NCBI GenBank assembly: GCA_963700285.1
Contig: CAVOXA010000010.1
Coordinates: forward strand, 2,048,001 to 2,112,000
DNA from: an uncultured Chloroflexia bacterium
GTDB lineage: Bacteria; Chloroflexota; Anaerolineae; JAAYZQ01
Direction of reading: 5' to 3'
Length of the DNA stretch: 64,000 nucleotides
Below, piece after piece: positions 39,869-48,530 of the stretch. The position numbers and the translations under genes were made by a program. How positions within the stretch are numbered: the stretch's first letter is position 1; the number at the start of each line of letters is the position of its first letter. The notes below the pieces were generated by a model. It was not told where the DNA came from and did no database searches. It saw only the letters and a list, made by a program, of their open reading frames with translations.

Positions 39869-40102
39869 ATTGTACAAAGCCGACGGGGCAGTGGGGCTTT
39901 TTACTGTCTCAGTATCTCACTGTCCCGGTGCGTGCCCTCCTGCCAACGTTCCCCGCATTCGACGGATCGGAGCCGGCATCGGTTAGGAGACGGGCCTCGG
40001 CGGACCAAGACGCCGCTGCTCGTCATAGGCGGCCAATCCAGTACTCCCCGCGGACCATGATTTGTGGCTGCCCGGGCAGCGGAGGTGGCCTGGGCGCAGA
40101 TC

Positions 40103-40213
40103 GCCGGACTGTGGTCCGGCTAGAGCAAGACTGTGTGAAAACTCACTCACCAGCTCCAGGCGGACCACAGTCCGCCGATTCGTGCATGCAGGTGCTGGAC
40201 TGTGGTCCAGCAC
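40103..40213. repeat. Cluster of three REP-like hairpins with core GGACTGTGGTCC
   Basis: Copies at 40103-40120 (+), 40159-40176 (-) and 40192-40213 (+). Confidence 0.75.
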
Positions 40214-40549
40214 GAGCGTTTTCGTACAGGCTCGAGCGAAATGTGGATGTGCCAGAGCGAAATATAGACGTACTCGGGCGCCCTTACGGGATACTGGGGG
40301 GCTTTCCCGGTAAAAATGGGGTGTTTTCCAGCCAAAAGGTAGGGTTTTACCCCATAGACAAAGGCTCGAAAGTATGGAATAATAGAGATAGCCATGGACA
40401 CTGGGCACTCTGCCAGGTGCCATCAGACAAGGCTAAGTGCGTCCTATACCGCAGCCCCACCATGGAGGAACTGAGGAGACAGTCATGAGCGCGACAATCG
40501 GGTACCTGTACGCCTGGGCATGCCGGTACCCAGGTCCAGAGTCTCTGAG

Positions 40550-41536
40550 ATGAGCAACCCAACGGACAGCCTGGCGCTGTTCGCTCGCACGGGGGATGGT
40601 GTCTGGGCCGTGGACGCGAACTGCCGCATCGTGCTGTGGAACCGGGCGGCGGAGGAACTGCTGGGCTATACAGCCGACCAGGCCCTGGGCCAGCGCTGCC
40701 ACGATCTGCTCCGGGGCCGGGACCTGGAAGGGAAGCCCTTCTGTGCCGAGCGTTGCTCCGCCACAGTGCGCGTGGAGCAACGGCAGGACGTGGACGCCTT
40801 TGACGTCCAGGTCCGATCGGCCAGCGGCCGGGTACGCGCCATCAACGTCAGTGTCATCGCAGTTCCAGAGGAGGCCGGCGGCCACACGCTGGTACACCTT
40901 TTTCGCCCACTGGGCGAGGAGGGCGGGAGGCCGCTGGGCCTGCGCATCCGCCTTCTGGGCCCTGTGGCCGTGGAGCGTACCGATGGGCCCCAGGTGGGTG
41001 GACCCCTGTGGCGCCGGGCGAAGGTGAGGGGCCTGCTTTCGTACCTGGCCCTGCGGCAGGGACGGCCGGTGCGTCGCGAGGAGCTTCTGGAGACCCTGTG
41101 GCCGGACCTGGAGCGCGATGCAGTCCTGCACAACCTCAACACCACCGTCTACGGGCTGCGCCACAGCCTGGAGCTGGGGCGGGGGGCGGATTCTGGCTAC
41201 ATCCACTACGAGGGCGATTGTTACCTGCTCAGCGCCGACCATGTCCACTGGCTGGACATGGATGCCTTTGAGGCTGGGATCGCGCGCGCCCGCAGGCAGA
41301 GCCAACCGGACCTGGCGCAGACGCTGTACCGGGAAGCGCTGGCCCTGTACCGAGGCGATTTCCTGGCCGACCTGGACCCGGACTTGGTGGGTGCGTGGGC
41401 GGAGCGGGAGCGGCTGCGCCAGCTCTACCTGAACGCGATGGAGGAACTGGGCGCGCTGTGCGAGGGGCAGGATCAGGAGGGGGCGGCGGCGGTCCCTCTG
41501 TACCGCGGGCAGCCAGCAGATCGCCATAGGTCCTGA
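40550..41536 (+). pseudogene. PAS + winged-helix + BTAD (SARP-like) regulator with a degraded C-terminus
   Basis: PAS (DGVWAVD...WNRAAEELLGY..QALG..C); IRLLGP, LLSYLAL, REELLETLWP; ALALYRGDFL; homology is lost midway through the BTAD. Confidence 0.75.
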
Positions 41537-41656
41537 CGGCAGCGTGTCCCCCTGTGGCGCCCGGCGTTTGCCAGCAGGGAACATACGCCAGCAGAGTTTG
41601 GCCCAAAGAGGTTTGCCGTCCGGGGATTCTCGGAATCGGACATCGAACTCTACGAC

Positions 41657-42970
41657 GTGTCGCAACCAGCTACGGCCAGCCAGATCATTTCGACCACGGT
41701 CACGCCAGAGGGTGACACCTACTCCGTCGAGTTCCAGGCGACGGTCACACCCCCTCGGAAGTACCTGGCGCTCACAGAGGATCAACTCGGCAAGCCGGTG
41801 GACATTGCTGCGGGCAGGCCCTCGACCCTGAAATCCCCAACCAATGGCGCAGATTACGTGATCATTGCACACGCTGACTTTTTGGCAGATGCCAAAAAGC
41901 TAGCGACTCATCGTGAAAAATCTGGCTTCCGTGTCCTGGTTGTCGATGTGCAAGACATCTACGATGAGTTCAACTTTGGCATTTTCGAGCCTGAAGCGAT
42001 CCGGGGCTTTTTGAGCTATGCCTTTGCGCATTGGCAGCGTCCAGCACCCAGCTATGTGCTGCTGTTGGGTGATGGCACCCGGGATTTTCATGACAATCTG
42101 GGCATGGGCGAGACGAACTATGTCCCGCCCTACCTCGATCAGGTTGACCCTTGGCTGGGCGAGACGTCTAGCGACAACCGCTATGTGGCCGTGAGCGGCG
42201 ATGATGTACTGCCTGACATGCATATCGGACGATTGCCAGCTTCCAATCCAGCCGAAGCTGCCATGTTGGTAGCCAAGATCATTGGCTACGAAGAGGCGAG
42301 CCCCACTGGTGGTTGGGCCGAGCAGGCCACCTTTGTGGCTGACAACGCGGAGGGCATTGACGACTTTGCCGCGGCGTCTGACGTTATTGCCCAGTACCTG
42401 CCTGCCACGTACAAAGTGAAGCGTGTGTATTATGGCATCACAGAGCTTGACGCCAGCGATGCCACGGATGCCATCGTGCAATCCATCAACGAGGGAAGCT
42501 TGTTGGTGGACTATGTTGGGCACGGTGCGGTCCAGTATTGGGCTGCGGAACAGCTGCTCAAGCTTGCGGATATCGACCGCTTGACCAACAACACCAATCT
42601 GCCCTTGATGCTGCCCTGGACCTGCTACGACGGCTTGTTCGACTATCCGGGCTTTCCCTCGTTTGGAGAATCGATCGTTCGAGCTGAGGGCAGGGGGGCC
42701 GTAGCCAGTTGGTCGCCCTCTGGATTGGGATTGCCAGCGGGTCATCAGACTCTGGCGGCCAGCTTTTTTGAGGCTGTATTTGCTGACGGATTGCACACAC
42801 TTGGCCCGGCTATGACCCAAGCCAAGCTGTCCTTGTGGACCCAGGCGCCGGAGTTTGGAGATTTGGTGGACACCTATCTGCTGTTGGGTGATCCGGCTAC
42901 AAGGCTGCATGTAGCCAGACTCTACCGGACTTTTCTGCCGCTCGTAACCCGCGGATCCAAAGCCCCCTGA
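41657..42970 (+). CDS. C25 (gingipain-family) cysteine peptidase, apparently 5'-truncated
   Basis: ADYVIIAH, DIYDEF, YVLLLGDG, IGRLP, YVGHG (His), WTC (Cys), LLGDPA; C-terminal RTFLPLVTR; no RBS or signal peptide. Confidence 0.85.
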   Translation: MSQPATASQIISTTVTPEGDTYSVEFQATVTPPRKYLALTEDQLGKPVDIAAGRPSTLKSPTNGADYVIIAHADFLADAKKLATHREKSGFRVLVVDVQDIYDEFNFGIFEPEAIRGFLSYAFAHWQRPAPSYVLLLGDGTRDFHDNLGMGETNYVPPYLDQVDPWLGETSSDNRYVAVSGDDVLPDMHIGRLPASNPAEAAMLVAKIIGYEEASPTGGWAEQATFVADNAEGIDDFAAASDVIAQYLPATYKVKRVYYGITELDASDATDAIVQSINEGSLLVDYVGHGAVQYWAAEQLLKLADIDRLTNNTNLPLMLPWTCYDGLFDYPGFPSFGESIVRAEGRGAVASWSPSGLGLPAGHQTLAASFFEAVFADGLHTLGPAMTQAKLSLWTQAPEFGDLVDTYLLLGDPATRLHVARLYRTFLPLVTRGSKAP

Positions 42971-43107
42971 CCTCCCAAGCAGATCGCGGGTCGAATACCT
43001 GGCCTGCATAGATCGCCGGCGCCTCTTAGCGGCCAAGCCCTTGTACCAGGTTGCTACGACCCTTGCTTCAAATCTACCCATTTCTAGTATTTACACCAGT
43101 CTTTCAC

Positions 43108-43206
43108 TTGCATTTTCTCCTATCTTGTAGTATAATGCAGTAATATATATGCGGTCGGGGAAAAGCATCCGGTAATATTGTGGTTTGCAATGATTTGTGG
43201 TATAAT
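43108..43206 (+). promoter_or_regulatory. Tandem sigma70 promoters in an AT-rich stretch
   Basis: TTGCAT-N17-TATAAT (43108-43136) and TTGTGG-N17-TATAAT with extended TG (43178-43206). Confidence 0.7.
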
Positions 43207-43255
43207 AGACTCAATACCATTTTCAGTCCGGTGAACCTGATGGAGGTGACTAGAA

Positions 43256-44662
43256 ATGAGTACAAGACGCGTAAGTATCCGGGGGAAAGGTGCAGAGATC
43301 TTGTTCGGCGCCCCTCCAGCCGTCGAGATGCAGCCCCGAACGTCGGATCCATCCCTTACCGAAACGGAGTCGCTAGAGCTAGAATCCTCCACGCAGGGCC
43401 TCCCAAGTGGCCAGCAGACGGAAGATGCTCAGGTTCCCGTTTGGTCATCAGAGCCGCCATACCTGCCCGACATAGTTCTGGAACAGGCACTTTTCGGAGA
43501 GGCAATGAACGGCGCTCCGGTTCCAGAGGGAGCGGGTGAGGCGCTATCTGCGGAAGAGGCAGATCTGGCTCTAACACCGCAAATGGAGAGAGCATTTGTC
43601 GATGAGGCGATTGCGGCTCAGGAACCCCCGGAGCCGCTGGCTGAGGTACCGGTTCCTACACTGGAGGTAGAAATGGAAGACGATTGGACGAGGGAAGCGA
43701 TCCTTGACGAGTCGCCCCTGGGCGAGGCCAGCGACGCTACTTTGGGAGTACTGCCCCCCAGGCGAGATTCGTTGGCTGCGGGAGTGGGAGACGAAGAGGC
43801 TACGGCCAGGGACATTCAGGCTCCGGACGAGGCGGTGGGATGGTTGGAACTGCCCGAACGCGCATTGACCGAGGAGGAAAAGGAGCTGCTGCTGGCCAGG
43901 CTGGGCGCGGCACGCATCCGGGAGTTAAATGGGCAGATAGATGAGATGTACGATCAGGTACTGGCCGAGGTGGGGGTGAGTGAACAGATCTCGACCGAAT
44001 GCTATAACCTGCTTCTTAAATCCCGAGACATCCTTCTGCGCCGCGATGTAGCCAAGATTCCGCAAGCCGAGTACTATATCGAGCAGGTACGTGCCCGCCT
44101 GAAACGGGCCGACGAAAGCGAAAGCGGAGCCCGGAAAGCCCAGTGGTGGATTCTGGGTTGGGGGCTTCTCTGGTGTACCGCCTTCCTGGCATTGGTGCTC
44201 CTGTTCAACCAGGCATGGTTTCGAGCATTGGTTGCTCCTGCTGGCGACGGAAGCGCTCTGGTGAATGTCGCGGTCTTTTTGTCGGCAGCGGTCTGGGGGG
44301 GGATAGGCGGGGTGGTCGCCATCCTTTACAGCCTGTTCAAGCACGTGGGCCAGCGGGACTTTGATGATCAATACAGCATCTCCTACATCGGCAAGCCGTT
44401 TCTGGGCCTGATCCTGGGGGCGACAGTCTACATGGTTTTCAACCTACTCGTCCGCGCCCTTGGTATCTGGCCTGCCGGTATGGCAGGAACAACCGATTCC
44501 CTGGCTGTGGCACCAGGGGTCATCTACCTGGTGGCCTGGGCTTGCGGTTTCAAAGAGAACCGCATTTTTGACCTGGTAGATCGCGTAATGAAGCGTATGT
44601 TTTCCAGCAAGGGGGAGTCGGAATCTGTGTCAGCCGTGGACCCCACAGAGCCAAACGAATAG
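43256..44662 (+). CDS. Hypothetical membrane protein: basic N-terminal peptide, acidic disordered region, helical domain and about 4 C-terminal TM helices
   Basis: GGAGGTG RBS; 468-aa ORF with clear compositional segmentation. Confidence 0.8.
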   Translation: MSTRRVSIRGKGAEILFGAPPAVEMQPRTSDPSLTETESLELESSTQGLPSGQQTEDAQVPVWSSEPPYLPDIVLEQALFGEAMNGAPVPEGAGEALSAEEADLALTPQMERAFVDEAIAAQEPPEPLAEVPVPTLEVEMEDDWTREAILDESPLGEASDATLGVLPPRRDSLAAGVGDEEATARDIQAPDEAVGWLELPERALTEEEKELLLARLGAARIRELNGQIDEMYDQVLAEVGVSEQISTECYNLLLKSRDILLRRDVAKIPQAEYYIEQVRARLKRADESESGARKAQWWILGWGLLWCTAFLALVLLFNQAWFRALVAPAGDGSALVNVAVFLSAAVWGGIGGVVAILYSLFKHVGQRDFDDQYSISYIGKPFLGLILGATVYMVFNLLVRALGIWPAGMAGTTDSLAVAPGVIYLVAWACGFKENRIFDLVDRVMKRMFSSKGESESVSAVDPTEPNE

Positions 44663-44835
44663 AGAGGAATGGGGTACCTGGGCAGACTGCTCCCTATTCG
44701 GTGCGGACAATTTCATCTACCGAATAGGGTGGAATGCGGGTGACAAGTTCTCCTGGCCCGATGGGTTGCGTCTCATCGTCAACGCGGACTTGGCCTGCCC
44801 AGCCAGAACACAGTATACCTCTGCCAAAAGCAGAG

Positions 44836-44863
44836 TTGCGTAATCTCTGAACTGTGGTATAAT
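44836..44863 (+). promoter_or_regulatory. tRNA promoter
   Basis: TTGCGT-N16-TATAAT with extended TG, followed by a GC-rich discriminator. Confidence 0.7.
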
Positions 44864-44875
44864 AGGGCCCGTTCG

Positions 44876-44949
44876 GGGCGATTAGCTCAGATGGCTAGAG
44901 CGCCACGTTGACATCGTGGAGGTCACAAGTTCAAGTCTTGTATCGCCCA
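44876..44949 (+). tRNA. tRNA-Val(GAC); CCA not encoded
   Basis: Acceptor stem GGGCGAT/ATCGCCC, D-arm TAGCTCAG..GG..AGAGC, anticodon arm CCACG-TTGACAT-CGTGG, T-loop GTTCAAG. Confidence 0.97.
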
Positions 44950-44957
44950 CTGGTTCG

Positions 44958-44994
44958 CTCGCTGGCAATGCAGTGGCTGGCGAGTTTTTATTTT
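44958..44994 (+). terminator. tRNA terminator
   Basis: CTCGCTGGC...GCTGGCGAG stem with G-U pairs, followed by TTTTTATTTT. Confidence 0.75.
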
Positions 44995-45004
44995 GGATAC
45001 CGTA

Positions 45005-45109
45005 TTGCCTCACGAGTAAATGTTACCCAAGCAGATTCGTTGCCTCACGGATAAATGCTACTGGAATGGCATCGTTGCCTCATTAAAGATTGTTACCAAG
45101 AACTCGCAT
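45005..45109. repeat. Three degenerate direct repeats with an exact 35-bp period
   Basis: TTGCCTCA at 45005, 45040 and 45075, each followed after 8 nt by TG(T/C)TAC. Confidence 0.85.
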
Positions 45110-46601
45110 TTAGATAAACGGTGACACACTGGACACCATCCAGTGCCAGTCCAGTACGTTAACAATCGAGTTTCGAACCGTAGACGGGCGAGTTAGCGCT
45201 TCTTTTTGGCCTTCTTGTTGGTCTTTTTGATCACTCGCTGACGCTCTCGCCGGGTTCGTGGTCGCCCTTTCGGCCAACCGGGCGACTTTCCGCGAGCTTT
45301 GGGCGGTCGGGTCGGCGTGTCAATCTGGCTGAAAAGACCTCCCAGCCCCTGAAGAACGCGCTCTGGTGTCGGTTTCTCCTGCGCTCGCTGCCAGGGAAGA
45401 GGCCGATCTACGATCAACTCTCGAACCAGAAACAACTGACACTGAGCAAGCCTGACCAACAGGGTCCACCGGTCGCAGGCGTCCGCATCCTGAAAACAAC
45501 GCAATGTCCACGCCAAGTACTGTTTGCGAAACCGGGTACCGGGCTCCACTGGCCAACGATGTTGGTAGCCATGCCAAAGGTTGACCAGCGGTTGTTCGCC
45601 CGGTTGGTGGCTGGTAGGCCAACCAAAAAGGCTTGGCTGGTACCTCGCGTTCCCGGGGTGCTTCCACCAGCAGGACGCTGAACACGGTGTTCGCATCCTG
45701 ACGAGCGTGAAGACCATCCCAACGCCGCAGACGCACCGTACCCCACTTCTCATCTTCCACTGCCACAGTCTCTTGGGGCTCATCCCAAGTCTCTGGCTCC
45801 TTGAAGGCGAACCGTTCACCGTGAACCCGCGGACGACCCTTGCCACTATACTCGCCGGGGGTCTGGTGCAGCACCTGATCACAACGCATTCGGGCCAAGA
45901 CGCCACAAGGCTCCTCTTTCAACGGACCGAGGAAAGAGTGGTTGCCATACTTGCCATCGGCTACGATGAGATGAAACGTCTGGAGCATCTCGGCCCACCG
46001 GTCACGACACAACTGCTTCACCTGCTCCACGCCTACCTCGACATCCGTCTTCTGGCTCAGAACTCGTCGGATTGACAGCGGTGGTGCCCAACTGGTGTTT
46101 CGCTCCGGTGCCCAGGCTAATACCGAATAAGGGTGTCCCACAACAACCGGTGAACCGAGGCCCGTGTCAGAGGCGCTATAGACGTACTGCCGGTCGGGCA
46201 GGGTTCGCGCGGCAGTGTGAGACCAGGCTGTGCTATCTAACGAAAACACTAGACAGCCGTCTGGTGGCAGAAGTTGAGTGAGATAGCACTCCAACCGCTC
46301 CCGGTCTTGACGTCCATCCTCAACGGCGGTATAGGCACTGTGCCACTCACGCCGAAAGGTGGGAGAACGGCTCAACTCGGGAAAGGTATGGATGGGCGCG
46401 CTGAGAAGCAAGGCATCTACCAACTCGAACTGCGCATCTCGGGCCCGAGTGAGCACATGATCGTAGACGGTTTGACGAAACTCGATTAGGTTGCTAAACT
46501 GTTGCATGGTAGAAACCTCTTGGTTGGGATGCCACAAGTTTCTACCATGGGGCGGTTTTGCGCAAGTCGCAGACCGCCCCGATCATTTATCTAAACTCGA
46601 G
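45103..46601 (-). mobile_element. Decayed insertion sequence (IS701/IS4-like DDE transposase element)
   Basis: Imperfect IRs CTCGCATTTAGATAAA (45103) and TTTATCTAAACTCGAG (to 46601); alternative inner left end at about 45166. Confidence 0.75.
45193..46507 (-). pseudogene. Frameshifted DDE transposase
   Basis: FRQTVYD...DAQFELVDALL, DSTAW, ADGKYG; second frame YQHRWPVE...RF.KQ.L.W and PKARGKSPGWPKG. Confidence 0.88.
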
Positions 46602-46621
46602 CAATGAGTCAAATCGGTGGG

Positions 46622-46650
46622 TTGACAAATCAGCACAAACGCGGTATACT
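46622..46650 (+). promoter_or_regulatory. Near-consensus sigma70 promoter with a leader of about 150 nt
   Basis: TTGACA-N17-TATACT. Confidence 0.8.
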
Positions 46651-46803
46651 GGACTTAATAACCAGGGGAGAAGGCAGTTTGCCAGACTCTAAATCCCGCG
46701 TGGTCAATAGAGGAAATATCGAACGCCAGGGCCTGAGCGTGCTCTGGCGTTTGCGCATTCTTGGTTCAGGACGGCAAGCCAAATCATCTGAGGGGAGGGT
46801 ACA

Positions 46804-47073
46804 ATGGATTCAGGCATGATCGGCAAGATTGAGAAGGCCAAGCGCTACGCTGAAGAACCGGAACGGATCCGTTTTGAGCAGTTTCGGGTCACGATCCAGG
46901 GCACAAACTCCCAGCACGAGGTCTCCTACGACCAGGGTAACTGGCATTGCGGCTGCAATTTCTTTGCGACCCGGGGGGTATGCAGCCACACGATGGCCTT
47001 GGAACGGCTCTTGGGCGTGTCGCTTCCACCGGAAGCGATGGCTGAGGCTGAACCGGCCATGGCCATGGCCTAG
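46804..47073 (+). CDS. Small SWIM zinc-finger protein
   Basis: GGGAGG RBS; WHCGCNFF...CSH (CxC-Xn-CxH). Confidence 0.85.
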   Translation: MDSGMIGKIEKAKRYAEEPERIRFEQFRVTIQGTNSQHEVSYDQGNWHCGCNFFATRGVCSHTMALERLLGVSLPPEAMAEAEPAMAMA

Positions 47074-47089
47074 CACAACCAGTTTTCCT

Positions 47090-47122
47090 GCGGGGGATGG
47101 GCGGCTGCCCGTCCCCCGCTTT
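47090..47122. terminator. Terminator between convergent genes
   Basis: GCGGGGGATGGGC-GGCT-GCCCGTCCCCCGC-TTT. Confidence 0.8.
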
Positions 47123-48403
47123 CTAGAGTTCGAGCTGGCCCCTCAGGCCGTTCTCCGTCAGAGCAACAAGCCTGGTATCGGTTTCCTGATTTGACAGGTC
47201 AGCGGCGCTGACCGTTTGTACCCGTAGATAGTTGTCCGTTAGCCCACTCCACACAGGCCCCGGATCCCCTGCTTTTGATGACTCCCATAGCACCTTCATC
47301 GTTTGGCCGACAAACTGCTGGCGGAAAGCCCGGTCCGAGGCGGAAGCGGCAGCGTGCATGGCCCTGGCCCGCCGGCGCTTGACCTGCGCCGGCACCTGAT
47401 CGCGCATCCCCGCCGCCGGCGTCCCAGGACGAAGAGAGTAGGGGAAAACGTGTGTCCGGGCGAATTCCATATCCCGTGCAAATGCCAGGCTCTCGGCAAA
47501 CTCGTCATCGGTCTCACCTGGGAATCCGACGATCACATCGGTCGTCAGCGCCAACCCCGGGATGGCCGCCCGCGCGGCCTCCACGACTGCCGCGAAATCG
47601 TTTTTCCCGCAGCGACGCGCCATGCGCCGCAATACCGCGTCGGAACCACTCTGCAGAGGCAAGTGGAGGTGACGGCAGAGCCTGGCATCCTCCCAAAGGG
47701 AGAAGGTCCACCGCGGCAGGTCCCAGGGTTCGATGGAGGACAGGCGCAGGCGAGGTACGCCTGTTTCGGACAGGATGCGTGCCACCAAGCTCCACAGATC
47801 GACAACCGGCTCACCACCGCTCCCGTCACGCCCGTAGGCGCCGATGTGTACCCCTGTGAGCACAACCTCCCGGTAACCAGCATCCAGCCGGGCTTGCACC
47901 TCAGCCAGTATCTGATGCGGCGGGTGGCTGCGCTGCGGACCGCGGGCTATGTGGATGATGCAGTAAGTGCAGGCATTGTCGCAGCCATCCTGGATCTTGA
48001 CCAGCGTGCGCGTGCGCGAAGGAGGGTTTTGGGTATCGGATTGTGGGATGCTGGATCCGAGTTTCGGCTTGGCCGCAGTGATCAGACTGGCTAACCGGTC
48101 TTTGTCTTGGTTACCTGCGACGAACTCGACGCCGGGCAGATCCTGGAGATCAGCGGGCGCTAGCTCGGCGTAACAACCGGTGACAACCAAACGGGCGTCT
48201 GGATTCTCTCGGTGCATACGGCGCAGTGCTTGGCGCGTTTTCTGGGCCGCCACCTGAGTCACGGCGCAGGTGTTCAAAACGCACAGGTCAGCCTCCACCG
48301 GCGCACCGACGACCTGGTGCCCGGCCCTGCTCAACTGGCCGGCCAGAGCATCCATCTCGCTTTGGTTCAGTTTGCAGCCCAAGCTGCTGACATAGATCTG
48401 CAT
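47123..48403 (-). CDS. mtaB: tRNA methylthiotransferase MtaB (MiaB-like radical SAM)
   Basis: LGCKLNQSE, LNTCAVT, VTGCYA, KIQDGCDNACTYCII, RLRLSSIEP, HLPLQSGSD, G.TDNY. Confidence 0.92.
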   Translation of the reverse strand: MQIYVSSLGCKLNQSEMDALAGQLSRAGHQVVGAPVEADLCVLNTCAVTQVAAQKTRQALRRMHRENPDARLVVTGCYAELAPADLQDLPGVEFVAGNQDKDRLASLITAAKPKLGSSIPQSDTQNPPSRTRTLVKIQDGCDNACTYCIIHIARGPQRSHPPHQILAEVQARLDAGYREVVLTGVHIGAYGRDGSGGEPVVDLWSLVARILSETGVPRLRLSSIEPWDLPRWTFSLWEDARLCRHLHLPLQSGSDAVLRRMARRCGKNDFAAVVEAARAAIPGLALTTDVIVGFPGETDDEFAESLAFARDMEFARTHVFPYSLRPGTPAAGMRDQVPAQVKRRRARAMHAAASASDRAFRQQFVGQTMKVLWESSKAGDPGPVWSGLTDNYLRVQTVSAADLSNQETDTRLVALTENGLRGQLEL

Positions 48404-48530
48404 GTTTTCCTCGCACTGGATTGTACCACAGAGGGCACCTCAAGTAAAGGGTTTTGGCGGAATTGGCACGCGCACTGATAAGATGGTATAATCCAACGAT
48501 ACTGCACGGCTTTAAGGGACAGCGAGAGTG

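Noticed and set aside
39799-40488. ORFs of 83-229 aa upstream of rpmH
   Set aside because: No recognisable motifs or RBS; they overlap promoter and hairpin repeats; none resembles dnaA
41534-41536. In-frame TGA as selenocysteine or readthrough joining the regulator and the peptidase
   Set aside because: The flanking peptide is degenerate, no convincing SECIS is visible, and the fusion makes little topological sense
41900-43081. 393-aa minus-strand ORF
   Set aside because: Antisense shadow of the C25 peptidase
43060-43250. AT-rich stretch as oriC/DUE
   Set aside because: No DnaA-box cluster; explained by two tandem promoters
45005-45109. CRISPR array
   Set aside because: Conserved parts are only 8+6 nt, the variable parts are too short and partly similar, and no cas genes are present; kept as an unexplained repeat
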